Assembly: GCA_963712745.1 (NCBI GenBank)
Contig: CAVQJC010000014.1
Location: 8,141 to 72,140 of the forward strand
Origin: an uncultured Chloroflexia bacterium
Lineage (GTDB): Bacteria; Chloroflexota; Limnocylindria; Limnocylindrales; CSP1-4
Direction of reading: 5' to 3'
Length of the DNA: 64,000 nucleotides
Shown here: piece by piece, positions 49,410-62,936 of the stretch
How positions within the stretch are numbered: the stretch's first letter is position 1
How the letters are laid out: each line of letters starts with the position of its first letter
Position numbers and translations under genes: made by a program
The notes under the pieces: model-generated
The model's input: only the letters and a program-made list of their open reading frames with translations
What the model was told of the DNA's origin: nothing
The model's database searches: none

Positions 49410-50213
49410 TCAGGAGAGGTCAGCCTGCAGGGGGATGCCGATGGGCGCCACGAGGACCCGCCCCGCCAACAGTCGCGTGCGCTTCCTCAGGCCCTCCTTG
49501 GGCCGGTGGAAGGTGATGGTCACGTCCGCCCGCACCACCGGGTCGGAGGCCTCGCCGCTGGTCAGGTCGATCGAGGTAGGCGTATCCACGGCCAGCACCG
49601 GCACGCCGCCCTCCCTCGCGCGTACGACGACGTCGACCGCGGTTCGGATGGGCTCGCGCAACAGTCCGCTCACGCCGGTGCCGAGCAGCGCGTCGATGAC
49701 CAGGCCCGCCCGCTCGATGCCGTTGAGGTAGAGGGCCACGTCGGAGTCACGCGATGTCGCGACCCGGTTGATGATGTCGAAGCCGTCGAGACGATTCCAG
49801 TTGAGCAGGGCATCGGGCGTGGTGGGCGACCCGCTGCTCGAGAGGAGCACGACCTCCGAGGCGATCCCTTGACCAGCCAGCAGCCGCGCTGCGACGAGGC
49901 CGTCGCCACCGTTGTTGCCCGGGCCGCAGAGGATGAGCACGACCGACCGCAGCGGACGGTCGTTCGAGACCATCAGGGCCCTGGCCGCCGCAGCGACGGC
50001 CGTGCCCGCCTGCTCCATGAGCCAGGCCCCGGGCGTACCCAGCCGCTGGGCCCGCACGTCGGCGCCGCTCATCTCCTCCCCCGTCATCGGCTCCAGGGCA
50101 GCCTGCTCGCGCCAGCGTTCGGTGAGCGCTTCGATGTCGGTGTCGGACTCGAAGATGAACGGATCAGAAGCCGGCAGGGGGAGACCGGTGGTGGGGTCGA
50201 GGGTCGGTGTCAT
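49410..50213 (-). CDS. nnrE: NAD(P)H-hydrate epimerase (YjeF N-terminal)
   Basis: LMEQAG, CGPGNNGGDG, IDALLGTG, AVDTPTS. Confidence 0.9.
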   Translation of the reverse strand: MTPTLDPTTGLPLPASDPFIFESDTDIEALTERWREQAALEPMTGEEMSGADVRAQRLGTPGAWLMEQAGTAVAAAARALMVSNDRPLRSVVLILCGPGNNGGDGLVAARLLAGQGIASEVVLLSSSGSPTTPDALLNWNRLDGFDIINRVATSRDSDVALYLNGIERAGLVIDALLGTGVSGLLREPIRTAVDVVVRAREGGVPVLAVDTPTSIDLTSGEASDPVVRADVTITFHRPKEGLRKRTRLLAGRVLVAPIGIPLQADLS

Positions 50214-50214
50214 G

Positions 50215-51139
50215 TCAGCTCGATGGTAGGCGCACCGACCCATCGGCGGAGCGTTCCACGAGTCCATCGCGCTCCAGTGCGATGAGCGCAGCGCAGGATC
50301 TCCTCCTCGCCATGCGTCCCCATGGCCGATGGCAGCTGCTCCCAGGCGCCGTCATCGAGGGAGCGCAGGTGCTCGACGATGCGGCCACGGAGCCAGCGCG
50401 TCGTACGCTCGAAGGGGACCTGTTCCGAATCGGAGTGGCGCCCGGGCGTCTCGACCCGTCCGGCGCTGGCACACCAGTCGCTCACCGGGCACTCCTCACA
50501 GCGCGGGCGCCGGGAGACGCAGACGGTGGCGCCGAGTTCCATCGAGGCCTGCGTCCAGGTGGCTGGGTCGCCGAGGTCGACCAGCCCATCGGCCTCGGCT
50601 TGCAGTTGGCGTACGCTCATCGACAGCCCGAGCACACGCGAGACCACGCGACGAACGTTCGTGTCCACCGCCGCCACCGGCTGCCCGAAGGCGATGGCCG
50701 CGACCGCCCTGGCGGTGTACGGGCCGACCCCGGCCAATCCTTGCAGCGCAGCGAGGTCAGGTGGGACTCTCCCGTCGTGGTCGGCCTCGATAGCCGCGGC
50801 GGCACGCTGCAGGTTCACTGCCCGGCGGTTGTAGCCCAGTCCGGCCCAGGCCCGCAGCACCTCGGCGGTCGAGGCCGCGGCCAGCGCGCGCGGCGATGGG
50901 TAGCGCGCCATGAACTCGTACCAGGCCTCGTCGACCCGCGCGATCTGCGTCTGCTGGGCCATGACCTCCGAGACGAGGATGGCCCACGGATCGCGCGTTG
51001 AGCGGATGCGGAGCGGCCTCGCTCGCGGTCCGTACCATGCCAGCAAGGCTCTCTGGAAGCGCCGGCGGCGGGTGCCACGAAGCGACCCGAACCACCCGCT
51101 ACCAGGACCATCTGCACCTGAACGTGTCGATTCCTTCAT
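50215..51139 (-). CDS. mutY: A/G-specific adenine glycosylase (frameshift near 50290)
   Basis: VSEVMAQQT, WAGLGYNRRA, GVGPYTA, VDTNVRRV, C-x6-C-x2-C-x5-C. Confidence 0.9.
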
Positions 51140-51185
51140 CTCCGGTATACCCACTTTCGCCGAAGGTCGGGCACAATGCCCAGGA

Positions 51186-53972
<2,787 letters not shown>

Positions 53973-54123
53973 CCGGCGCCCGTCGGCACGTCCTGGCCAG
54001 GGACCCATCCGGTTCCCGGAGTCGGCCGGGCTGTAGCCACCGCGGCCGACGCGATCACCGCGGCCGACGCGACCTCCCCGCCTGCACACAGCAGCGACAT
54101 CTGAAGGCGCTACCCTCCGGGCC

Positions 54124-56727
54124 ATGCCCCTCGAGGAATTCCGACGCAAGCGCGACTTCGAGCGCACGTCCGAGCCCGCAGGAGCCGCGCAGGGGGCTGG
54201 CGGCCCACTCGTGCGCCGCTTCGTCGTGGGCCGCCACCGTGCGAGTCGCCTGCACTACGACCTGCGCCTTGAGATCGACGGCGTCCTCGTCAGCTGGGCA
54301 ATTCCGCGTGGTCCGTCGATGGCTCCGCTCGCCAAGCGCCGCGCGGCGCGCACCGAGGATCACCCGCTCGAGTACCTCGACTTCGAAGGCATCATCCCCG
54401 CCGGCCAGTACGGCGGTGGCGATGCCATCGTCTGGGACCATGGCATCTGGACCCCGGAGCTGGCCGAGGATCCGGCCAGGTCGGTCGTAGTCGGGGAGCT
54501 GAAGTTCGTCCTCCACGGAGAGCGGCTCCGAGGCCGTTTCGCCCTCGTGCGTACCGGCACCGAGCGCGGCAGGGAGGACTGGCTGCTGATCCGCAAGCGC
54601 GAGAGCGCGGTCGAGGACTGGGACATCGAGGCCCTGCGCACATCGGTCCTGACCGGCCGTACCAACGAGGAGGTGGCGGCCGGGGAGCCGGCAGCGCCCG
54701 GTTGGGAGCGTCGGCGGCTGGGCGATCTTGGCCGCGCAGCCAGGCCGGCACGGATGCCGGCCTTCATCGAGCCCATGCTGGCCACGCCGGTCGATCGGCC
54801 CTTCAGCGGACCCGACTGGCTCTTCGAGTTGAAGCTCGACGGCTATCGCGTGCAGGCGGTGGTGCGCGAGGGCGCGGTACGGCTGTGGACACGCAGGCGC
54901 AAGGACGCGAGCACCTACTTTCCCGTGTTCGGATCGCTGGCACCCGACTGGATCGCGGCGTCGCAAGCGGTGGTGGATGGCGAGATGGTGGCCCTCGACG
55001 CTGATGGCCGGCCAGCCTTCGGCCTGCTGCAGGAGCTGGCCGGCATGCGCGGCCTGGGCGTCAGGCGGCGCGAGCGCCTGCCCGCGGCCACGGGCGACGG
55101 GCCGCGAGGCGAGGGCAGGCTGGTGTATCACGCGTTCGACCTGCTCCATCTCGAGGGCCACTCGCTCCTCGACGTACCACTCGAGGAGCGAAAGCGGCTG
55201 CTGCGGCTGCTGCTCGTGGAGCACCCCCAGGTCCGCTTCGTCAGCCACGTAGCGGAGCACGGTGAGGACTTCGGGGCCGCTGTCATGGCCCAACGACTGG
55301 AGGGCAGCATGGCCAAGCGCAGGGACAGCCGGTATGAGCCCGGTACCCGGTCGCGAGCGTGGCTCAAGATCAAGGCTCGACGAGAGCAGGAGCTCGTGCT
55401 CATCGGCTACGAGCCAGGCCAGGGCAGCCACAAGGAGCTGGGCTCGGTACTGGTCGCGACGCACGAGTCCGATGGCTGGCGCTTCGCAGGGCACGTCGGG
55501 AGCGGCCTGGACGGCCGGGCTCGCAAGGAACTCAGAGCGCTCGTGGAGGAGTCTGCGCTGCCGGCTTCGGCGGTGCCGGGGGTACCGGACTCACCCAGCG
55601 CTCGCTACTGCCAGCCGCGCCACGTCATCCGCGCGCAGTTCGGCGAATGGACCCTGGATGGCCTGCTGCGACAGGCGGCCTACAAGGGCCGCGAGCCCGA
55701 TCGCGATCCGCTGACGGTCTCGCGAGAGATCGCCGAGCCGGCACCCGGGAGCAGGCCCGAGCCGGGCAGGGCGTCCGCACTGGCTGATGCCGCCTCGCCA
55801 CACGAGCTGGAGGCCCTCGAAACGCTGGGCGAGGGTGGCCGCTGGGAGGTGGGCGGACACAGCGTGGAGCTGACCAACCTCGACAAGATCCTGTTCCCCG
55901 CAGCCGGCTTCACCAAGCGCGACCTGGTGCGCTACTACACGTCCATCGCCCCGGTCATCCTGCCCTACCTTCGCGAGCGACCGCTCAACGTCCATCGCTG
56001 GCCGGACGGCGTGGGAGGCAAGACGCAGTTCTGGCAGAAACAGATCCCCTCGCACGCGCCCGACTGGGTCTCCCGCTGGGACTACCCCGAGGCTGGTCGA
56101 GCGCAGTCCCACACCTACGTCGTGGCCGACCGCGTGGCCACCATGGCCTGGCTGGCCAACCAGGCCGTCATCGATCTGCACCCCTGGACCAGCCGCCTGC
56201 CCGACTACCGGCGCCCGACCTACGCCTACATCGATATCGACCCCGGCACGGAGACCACCTGGGCGGAGCTGGTCACGCTGGCGAAGCTCTATCGCACCGC
56301 ACTCGGGCACCTCGGCGTCAGCGGCTACCCGAAGGTCACGGGCAAGCGAGGAATCCAGGTCTGGATCCACGTGGCGCCGCAGTACACGTTCGACGAGACG
56401 CGCGACTGGGTGGGGGCGCTGTCACGCGGCGTCGGCGCGGTCGTGCCTGACCTCGTCTCGTGGGAGTGGACGAAGGCGGACCGAGGGGGCCGCGCTCGCC
56501 TCGACTACACGCAGAACTCGTTCATCAAGACGCTGGTCGCGCCGTACGCAGTGCGGCCGGTGCCCGCCGGCGCGGTCTCGGCACCGATCACCTGGGACGA
56601 GCTCGATGACCCCGGGCTCGATGCCCAGCGCTGGGATCTGCGCTCCATCGTCGCCCGCGTGGAAGAGCGCGGTGACCTCTTCGCGGGGGTCCTGGCCGAT
56701 CCCCAGGAACTGCCGCCGATCTCCTAG
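54124..56727 (+). CDS. ligD: NHEJ DNA ligase D (phosphoesterase-ligase-polymerase)
   Basis: HRASRLHYDLRLE, ELKLDGYR, WLKIK, TNLDKILFP, DIDP, TGKRGIQ, LDYTQN. Confidence 0.95.
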   Translation: MPLEEFRRKRDFERTSEPAGAAQGAGGPLVRRFVVGRHRASRLHYDLRLEIDGVLVSWAIPRGPSMAPLAKRRAARTEDHPLEYLDFEGIIPAGQYGGGDAIVWDHGIWTPELAEDPARSVVVGELKFVLHGERLRGRFALVRTGTERGREDWLLIRKRESAVEDWDIEALRTSVLTGRTNEEVAAGEPAAPGWERRRLGDLGRAARPARMPAFIEPMLATPVDRPFSGPDWLFELKLDGYRVQAVVREGAVRLWTRRRKDASTYFPVFGSLAPDWIAASQAVVDGEMVALDADGRPAFGLLQELAGMRGLGVRRRERLPAATGDGPRGEGRLVYHAFDLLHLEGHSLLDVPLEERKRLLRLLLVEHPQVRFVSHVAEHGEDFGAAVMAQRLEGSMAKRRDSRYEPGTRSRAWLKIKARREQELVLIGYEPGQGSHKELGSVLVATHESDGWRFAGHVGSGLDGRARKELRALVEESALPASAVPGVPDSPSARYCQPRHVIRAQFGEWTLDGLLRQAAYKGREPDRDPLTVSREIAEPAPGSRPEPGRASALADAASPHELEALETLGEGGRWEVGGHSVELTNLDKILFPAAGFTKRDLVRYYTSIAPVILPYLRERPLNVHRWPDGVGGKTQFWQKQIPSHAPDWVSRWDYPEAGRAQSHTYVVADRVATMAWLANQAVIDLHPWTSRLPDYRRPTYAYIDIDPGTETTWAELVTLAKLYRTALGHLGVSGYPKVTGKRGIQVWIHVAPQYTFDETRDWVGALSRGVGAVVPDLVSWEWTKADRGGRARLDYTQNSFIKTLVAPYAVRPVPAGAVSAPITWDELDDPGLDAQRWDLRSIVARVEERGDLFAGVLADPQELPPIS

Positions 56728-56736
56728 GGCACGCCC

Positions 56737-57561
56737 TCAGTCGCGACGGGTGATGGCCTTGGCGAGCACGAACGCGCCGATCACGATGAGGATCACCGGC
56801 CACAGGCGCAGCGCCCCGGCCACGTCGGTGCGCGTCATCTGCACCAGGCCGATGAGCGTGAGGATGCCGCCGGGGATGAGCGGCCACCAGTGATTCTGGG
56901 GCAGCCGGTAGAGCGAGCCCAGGACCCAGATGCCAAGGAAACCACCGGCGATGGCAAGCATCATCACACCGCTCTCGGCCTCGCCAGTGGCGGCGGAGTC
57001 GAGCACGATGCCGATGCCGACGCCGGTGAGGATGGAGCCAGGGACGAGGAAGCCGTACTCGCGAGTGACCACGAACACCGCCAGCAGTGCGAGCCCGATG
57101 AACATGGTCACGAAGCGGCCGATGTTGGGCTCCAGTTGGCCAGCCAGGAAGAACAGTCCGATGCCGGCGATGACGAGGCCGGCGACGAGTCCGCCGGGAT
57201 CGTTGCGGGGGCTCCGTTTCCTGCGTGGCCGCTCCGGGCTGGGAGGCGGCGGCGGTGCGTAGCCCGGAGGAGGACCGTAGCCCGGCCGTCCCGCGCCATC
57301 GCCCCCACCGGGCGGGTAGCCGGGCGGGTAGCCGGGTGCCGGCGGAGGCCCATAGCCGGGCGAAGGAGGTGGTGGGGCGCCCGCTCGGTCACCGCGTCCC
57401 TGGCCCATGGGTGGCTGGCCCGCAGGCTGGTTCGGGGACGGAGGTGTCGTTGGTAGCGGCGCCCCTGGATAGCCCAGTGGCGCGCTCGGGTCGATCACAG
57501 TCCGAATGCTGGCACGAGACCGCGTTCCTTGCTCGGCTGTGGGACTATTGCTCCCCGTCAA
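56737..57561 (-). CDS. Membrane protein with Pro-rich N-terminus (LiaF-like TM motif)
   Basis: PPGY repeats then about six TMs; WWPLIPGG, LWPVILIVIG. Confidence 0.7.
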   Translation of the reverse strand: MTGSNSPTAEQGTRSRASIRTVIDPSAPLGYPGAPLPTTPPSPNQPAGQPPMGQGRGDRAGAPPPPSPGYGPPPAPGYPPGYPPGGGDGAGRPGYGPPPGYAPPPPPSPERPRRKRSPRNDPGGLVAGLVIAGIGLFFLAGQLEPNIGRFVTMFIGLALLAVFVVTREYGFLVPGSILTGVGIGIVLDSAATGEAESGVMMLAIAGGFLGIWVLGSLYRLPQNHWWPLIPGGILTLIGLVQMTRTDVAGALRLWPVILIVIGAFVLAKAITRRD

Positions 57562-57583
57562 GCAAGCAGGAGGAGTGTCCTAC

Positions 57584-58507
57584 ATGTCCGACAACCGCAG
57601 GCGGGTGGGCGTGCTTGCCCTCAGCGCCGCAAGCCTGGCGCTGATCGCCAGCCCGCTCGCCACCATGGCCCAGGACGACGAGATGATGGCCAGCGTGAGT
57701 GAGGCCTGCCAGGCGGCCAACCTGGACGACATGCTCAAGAACCCGGGCCGACTGACGGTCAGCACGGACGATCCCGCGTACTACCCATGGTATTCGGGCG
57801 CGGTACCGGAGGGTGAGTCCTGGGCGGTGTACGGAGGCTATCCGCCGTCTGGTGAGGGCTTCGAGAGCGCCCTCGCGTACGCCATCGCCGAGCAGCTAGG
57901 CTTTTCGCCCGACCAGGTCGACTGGATGGCCCAGGGTGAGTTTGGCCTCGCTTTCGCGCCTGGGAGCAAGGACTTCGACTTCCACCTGGGCCAGGTGGCC
58001 ATCACCGAGGCGCGCGCCCAGGCGGCCGATCTCAGCGACCCCTACTACGAGGCAACACAGTCCATCGTGGCCCTCGCCGACAACCCCATCACCGAGGTCA
58101 CCACGCTCGAGGAACTCAAGGACTACCAGCTGGCCGCTCCAGGCAACACGACCAGCTTCCGCATCATCGAGGACGTCATCCAGCCCAACGTGGAGCCCAA
58201 GGCCCCGCCGGACGTGGCCACCGGCACACAGCTGCTGGCCAATGGCACGATCGACGGTATCGTGGTCGACACGCCGTCGGGCTTCTACATCCGTGACGGC
58301 ATCCTCCCGTTCGAGCCGTACGAGCTTGAAGGCGCCATCGTGGGCCAGGTCACCGCAGTGGGCGACGAAGCCTTCGGCGCAGTCCTGGAGAAGGACAGTG
58401 CCCTGACCGCCTGCGTCAACGAGGCCATCGCGGCCATCCGCGGGAGCGACCAGTACCAGGAGATCCTGGACGCCTGGATCGCCGGCGACGCTCCCGTGCT
58501 CCAGTAG
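57584..58507 (+). CDS. Polar amino-acid ABC transporter substrate-binding protein
   Basis: Signal peptide, LTVSTDDPAYYPW, GEGFESA, ITEARAQ..DLSDPYY. Confidence 0.9.
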   Translation: MSDNRRRVGVLALSAASLALIASPLATMAQDDEMMASVSEACQAANLDDMLKNPGRLTVSTDDPAYYPWYSGAVPEGESWAVYGGYPPSGEGFESALAYAIAEQLGFSPDQVDWMAQGEFGLAFAPGSKDFDFHLGQVAITEARAQAADLSDPYYEATQSIVALADNPITEVTTLEELKDYQLAAPGNTTSFRIIEDVIQPNVEPKAPPDVATGTQLLANGTIDGIVVDTPSGFYIRDGILPFEPYELEGAIVGQVTAVGDEAFGAVLEKDSALTACVNEAIAAIRGSDQYQEILDAWIAGDAPVLQ

Positions 58508-58604
58508 CACTTCCCACTCCGAGTCAGACGAGCAACGCGAGCGCCGTGAGGCGCTCGCGTTGCCCATGAAGGGGTAGATCCTGAGCGGTCCCCACGGCAG
58601 CGCG

Positions 58605-59456
58605 ATGACAGACGTCCCGGGCCCGTCCGGGTCGCGGCGATCCAGGCTCCTCGGCAACCCCGAGTCGGGGCGACGGGGAGTCGTCGTGTCCGTCTTCAGC
58701 ACGCTCATCGTGGTGGCGGTCCTGGGCCTCCTTCTCGTCAACGCCCCCGGCTGGGACCAATTCCAGTACGCGTTCTTCAACGCGGAGATCGCCGCAGCCA
58801 CCTTCCCCAAGATCCTTCAGGCCTTCGGCCGCAACGTGATGCTCTTCCTGGCCGCAGAGAGTCTCGTCCTGGTCCTGGGCCTGCTGCTGGCCATCATGCG
58901 CAGCCTGCCGGGCCCCGTCTTCACGCCGGTCCGGGGCTTCGCCATCATCTACGTCGACGTCTTCCGCGGCCTCCCGGGCATCCTCGTCATCTACGTCTTC
59001 GGCCTGGGCCTTCCCAGCCTGGGTCTCGACTGGATGCCGGACAACGATTTCTTCTGGGGCCTCCTGGCCCTGGTGCTGATCTACTCGGCCTACGTGTCCG
59101 AGGTCTACCGAGCCGGCATCGAGTCGGTGCACCCCAGCCAGGATGCAGCCGCGCGCTCGCTTGGTCTGTCGCACACTCAATCACTGCGCTATGTCGTCGT
59201 CCCGCAGGCAGTGCGGCGCATCATCCCTCCGCTGCTCAACGACTTCATCGGGCTGACCAAGGACACCGCGCTGGTGGCCTTCATCGGCATCATCGAGGCC
59301 TTCCGCCGCGCGACCATCGAACAGGCTGCTGCCTTCAACTTCACGCCGATCGTCATCACGGGCCTGCTGTTCCTCCTGCTGACCATCCCGTTGTCGCGGT
59401 TCGTCGATTGGCTCGTGGCGCGCGACCGCAAGCGCCAGATGGCAACCGCCCGATGA
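58605..59456 (+). CDS. Polar amino-acid ABC transporter permease
   Basis: YVDVFRGLP, AYVSEVYRAGIES, QDAAARSLGL, KDTAL. Confidence 0.93.
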   Translation: MTDVPGPSGSRRSRLLGNPESGRRGVVVSVFSTLIVVAVLGLLLVNAPGWDQFQYAFFNAEIAAATFPKILQAFGRNVMLFLAAESLVLVLGLLLAIMRSLPGPVFTPVRGFAIIYVDVFRGLPGILVIYVFGLGLPSLGLDWMPDNDFFWGLLALVLIYSAYVSEVYRAGIESVHPSQDAAARSLGLSHTQSLRYVVVPQAVRRIIPPLLNDFIGLTKDTALVAFIGIIEAFRRATIEQAAAFNFTPIVITGLLFLLLTIPLSRFVDWLVARDRKRQMATAR

Positions 59457-60257
59457 GCGCGCGCATCGGCGCCAGCGGTCGGCAGCTGGGCGATGAAGTG
59501 ATACGCATCGAAGACCTGCACAAGTCATTCGATGAGCTGGAGGTGCTCAAGGGCATCGACCTCGTCGTCCACGAACACGAGGTCGTCTGCCTCATCGGTG
59601 CGTCGGGCTCGGGCAAGTCGACGCTGTTGCGCTGCGTGAACTTGCTCGAACGCATCGAGTCCGGCCGAGTCGTGGTCGAGGACGAGGAGATCACCGCGCG
59701 CGGCACGGACATCGACCGCATCCGGCGCCGTATCGGCATCGTCTTCCAGGCCTACAACCTCTTCCCGCACATGAGCGTGATCGACAACGTAACGCTGGCC
59801 CCGCGGAAGGTGACGAAGCTCGGGCGTGGAGAGGCGCGCACAACTGCCATCGAGTTGCTGCGGCGCTTTGGCCTGGAGGAGAAGGCCGACGAGTATCCCG
59901 ACCGGCTGTCGGGCGGCCAGCAGCAGCGCGTGGCTATCGTGCGTGCCCTGGCCATGAAGCCGGACCTGCTGCTGCTCGACGAGATCGACCTCCGCGCTCG
60001 ACCCCGAGCTGGTGGCCGAGGTCCTCGACGTCATCCGCGAGCTGGCCGAGTCGGGCATGACCATGATCATCGCCACTCACGAGATGGGCTTCGCGCGCGA
60101 CATCGCCGATCGAGTCTGCTTCCTCGACGCGGGACAGATCCTCGAGGAAGGGCCACCGAAGGACATCTTCGGCAACCCGCGGGAGGCACGCACCCGGCAG
60201 TTCCTGGACCGGGTCATCCAGGCCGGGCGCATGGGCGGCGGCTTCAGCAGTGCCTAG
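59453..60257 (+). CDS. Polar amino-acid ABC transporter ATPase (frameshift near 59988)
   Basis: [22 protein letters not shown]-[shift]-[15 protein letters not shown]. Confidence 0.92.
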
Positions 60258-60417
60258 CTGCTGCGCGCGGGGAGCGCCGCCGGGACTCTCGGTGGAGACT
60301 CGGAGGGAGTAGCCGCCCGAGTCACGAGGGCCGATCCGGATCCACACCCGCGCCCGATGGCGACTCCCGCTAGAGTTGCACGGCGCACTCCCCAAGCGCG
60401 GACTCCGAGGAGGACCG

Positions 60418-61111
60418 ATGGCAGACTTCGCACGACTGCAGGCGGCCGTGGAGGCCGGCAACCGCGAGGAAGCGGTCGAGATCGACCCAGGCCGCCATCG
60501 ACGAGGGCATCGCCCCGCTCGATATCCTCGACCCCATGACCGACGCCATGGCCGTCATCGGCGAGCGATTCAGCCGCCAGGAGATCTTCGTGCCCGAGAT
60601 GCTCATCAGCGCCCGGGCCATGAAGGGCGCGGTGGCACTGCTCGAGCCGCTGCTCATCGGCTCCGGGCACAGGCCTGACAAGGTCGCCGTCCTGGGCACC
60701 GTCAAGGGCGACCTCCACGACATCGGCAAGAACCTGGTGGCCATGATGCTCAAGGGCGCCAACTTCAAGATCGTGGACCTGGGTACCAACACCAGCGCCG
60801 AGGACTTCATCGCTGCCGCGCGCGAGCACCAGGCCGACCTCATCGGTTGCAGCGCCCTGCTCACCACCACCATGGGCAACATGCGTGGCGTGGTCGAGGC
60901 CGTACGCGCGGCCGAGGACATGCCCGCACTGCGCGTCATCATCGGTGGCGCTCCGGTCACGCTCGAGTACGCCAACGAGATCGAGGCCGACGGCTGGGCA
61001 CCCGATGCGGCCGCCGCGGTCCACGTGGCCAGGGCCGTCGTGGAGACGGCGCGCGGCAAGACCGATCTGTCCGGCGTGGTTCACCCCGAAGCGCTGGCCG
61101 CGGCCAGCTAG
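60418..61111 (+). CDS. Methyltransferase cognate corrinoid protein (MttC/MtbC-like; frameshift near 60486)
   Basis: IFVPEMLISARAMK, GTVKGDLHDIGKNLV (DxHxxG), SALLTTTM, IGGAP. Confidence 0.92.
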
Positions 61112-61133
61112 CGGGCCCGCACCCGAGGGCACG

Positions 61134-62006
61134 ATGCGACTGCAACTCATCACCTGCGACATGCTCATGCGACCGGTCGAACACTTCGCCGCGGAGTCGC
61201 CGCACGAGCTCATCGTCAGCGACCTGTCCGCCTCCCTCCACGTGGAGCCGGTGCCGCTGCGCGACCGCATCCAGGAGGAGATCGACCGGGTGGAGGCGGA
61301 GGACCCGGAGGCCGACGCCATCCTGCTCGGCTACGGGCTCTGCGGCGGCGCCACCTCCGGGCTCGCCGCCCGCACCAAGCCGCTGGTGCTGCCCCGCGCC
61401 CACGATTGCGCCACCATCTTCCTGGGCAGCCGCGAGCGCTACATGAAGGAACACGAGACCACGCCGGGCACGTACTGGTTCACCGAGGACAACGTCAAGC
61501 GCGGCGACGCCCTCAAGGGCTGGCTGCTCGGAGACGCGCAGCGCTCTGACGGCATCGAGGAGACCTACCGGCAGTACGTCGAGAAGTACGGCCAGGAGAA
61601 CGCCGACTACCTCATGGAGGCCATGGGTGAGTGGCAGTCGCACTACGAACGCGGCGCGTTCCTCGAGACGGGCCTGGCCGCGGACGACACGGCCGCAGAG
61701 CGGGCACGGCAGGAGTCGGAGCTGCGCGGCTGGCGCTTCGAGCGCGTGATGTCAGACCTCTCGCTCATCGACCGCCTGCTCGATGGCGAGTGGGATGACG
61801 ACTTCATCGTGGTGCAGCCGGGCGAGCAGCTGGCCATGAGCTATGACGACGGCGTCGTGAAGACGGTGCCAGCCGGCGCGACTGGAAGCTCGATCAGGCC
61901 TCCGTCATGTGGCCGTCTCCTCCGTCACGAGCACAGGCTCGCCCGAGCCTCCTCGGCGATGCGCTCGACCGACGGGATGACCGCGTCCTCGAGCGGCGGG
62001 GCATAA
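61134..62006 (+). CDS. DUF1638 family protein (3' end uncertain)
   Basis: LITC, SLH..P, LGYGLCGG, PRAHDC..FLGS, PGTYW. Confidence 0.8.
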   Translation: MRLQLITCDMLMRPVEHFAAESPHELIVSDLSASLHVEPVPLRDRIQEEIDRVEAEDPEADAILLGYGLCGGATSGLAARTKPLVLPRAHDCATIFLGSRERYMKEHETTPGTYWFTEDNVKRGDALKGWLLGDAQRSDGIEETYRQYVEKYGQENADYLMEAMGEWQSHYERGAFLETGLAADDTAAERARQESELRGWRFERVMSDLSLIDRLLDGEWDDDFIVVQPGEQLAMSYDDGVVKTVPAGATGSSIRPPSCGRLLRHEHRLARASSAMRSTDGMTASSSGGA

Positions 62007-62936
62007 GGGATGAGCATGTCGTGGGGCAGCGACACCGCTCGCGGCGGGGGACCATGTGGCACCGCTCATGGCCAGCCGGCTGATGAGCGTGGCGCCCCAG
62101 CCGGCATCGTGCGATTGCTCCTCGGCCACCACCAGCCGCCCGGTCTTCTCGACCGACTCGGTGATGGTGGCGAGGTCGAGTGGGCGGATCCAGCGCAGGT
62201 CGATGACCTCGGCCTCGATGCCCTCGTCGGCGAGCAGGGACGCGGCCTCCAGGGCGCGCTCGACCAGGTGCAGCGTGGCCACGATGGTGACGTCGCCGCC
62301 CACGCGCTCGACGGAGGCGCGGCCCAGCTCGGCGGCGACCCCGCGGCGCACCGGTCCCGGGTGCAGGTAGAGCAGCTGGTGCTCATGGACGATGACCGGG
62401 TCGTCCGAGCGCACGGCGGCGGTGATGAGCTCGTAGGCCGCGGCCGGGGTGCCGGCGGCGGCCACGCGCAGGCCCGGCTGGCCCATGAACCAGGACTCGC
62501 CGGTCGCGCTGTGCTGGGTGCCGAAGCGGCCGCCGGCACCGCTGATGACGCGCAGCGTGACCGGTACGCTGAGGGCCCCGCCGCTCATGAAGCGGTACTT
62601 GGGCAGCTCGTTGACGATGGCGTCGGCGGCGGTGGGCAGGAAGTCGGCGAACATGAACTCGACGATGGGGCGCAGGCCCATCACGGCCATGCCCAGGGCC
62701 ACGCCGGTGAAGCCGTTCTCGCAGATGGGCGTGTTGAGGACGCGCTGGCCGTACTTCTCGGGCAGCCCGGCGTTGGTCTTGAAGACACCACCTTCGTTGG
62801 CGATGTCCTCGCCCAGGAAGACGACCGCGGGGTCGGCGGCGAGGGCGTCGTCGATGGCGGCGTTGACGGCCTCGCGGTAGGACATCATCGACCGGCTCGG
62901 CCGCGGCGGTGGCACGTGCTCAGTCGGCGTAGACAT
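61925..62936 (-). CDS. TPP-dependent dehydrogenase E1 beta subunit (frameshift near 62050)
   Basis: GEDI, TPICENG, EFMFADF, TQHS, IDLRWIRPLD; shifted frame gives IPYAPPLEDAVIP. Confidence 0.9.

Noticed and set aside
59980-60490. Programmed frameshifting in the ABC ATPase or corrinoid gene
   Set aside because: No slippery sequences; both look like a one-base insertion in ATCGACC, consistent with sequencing error.
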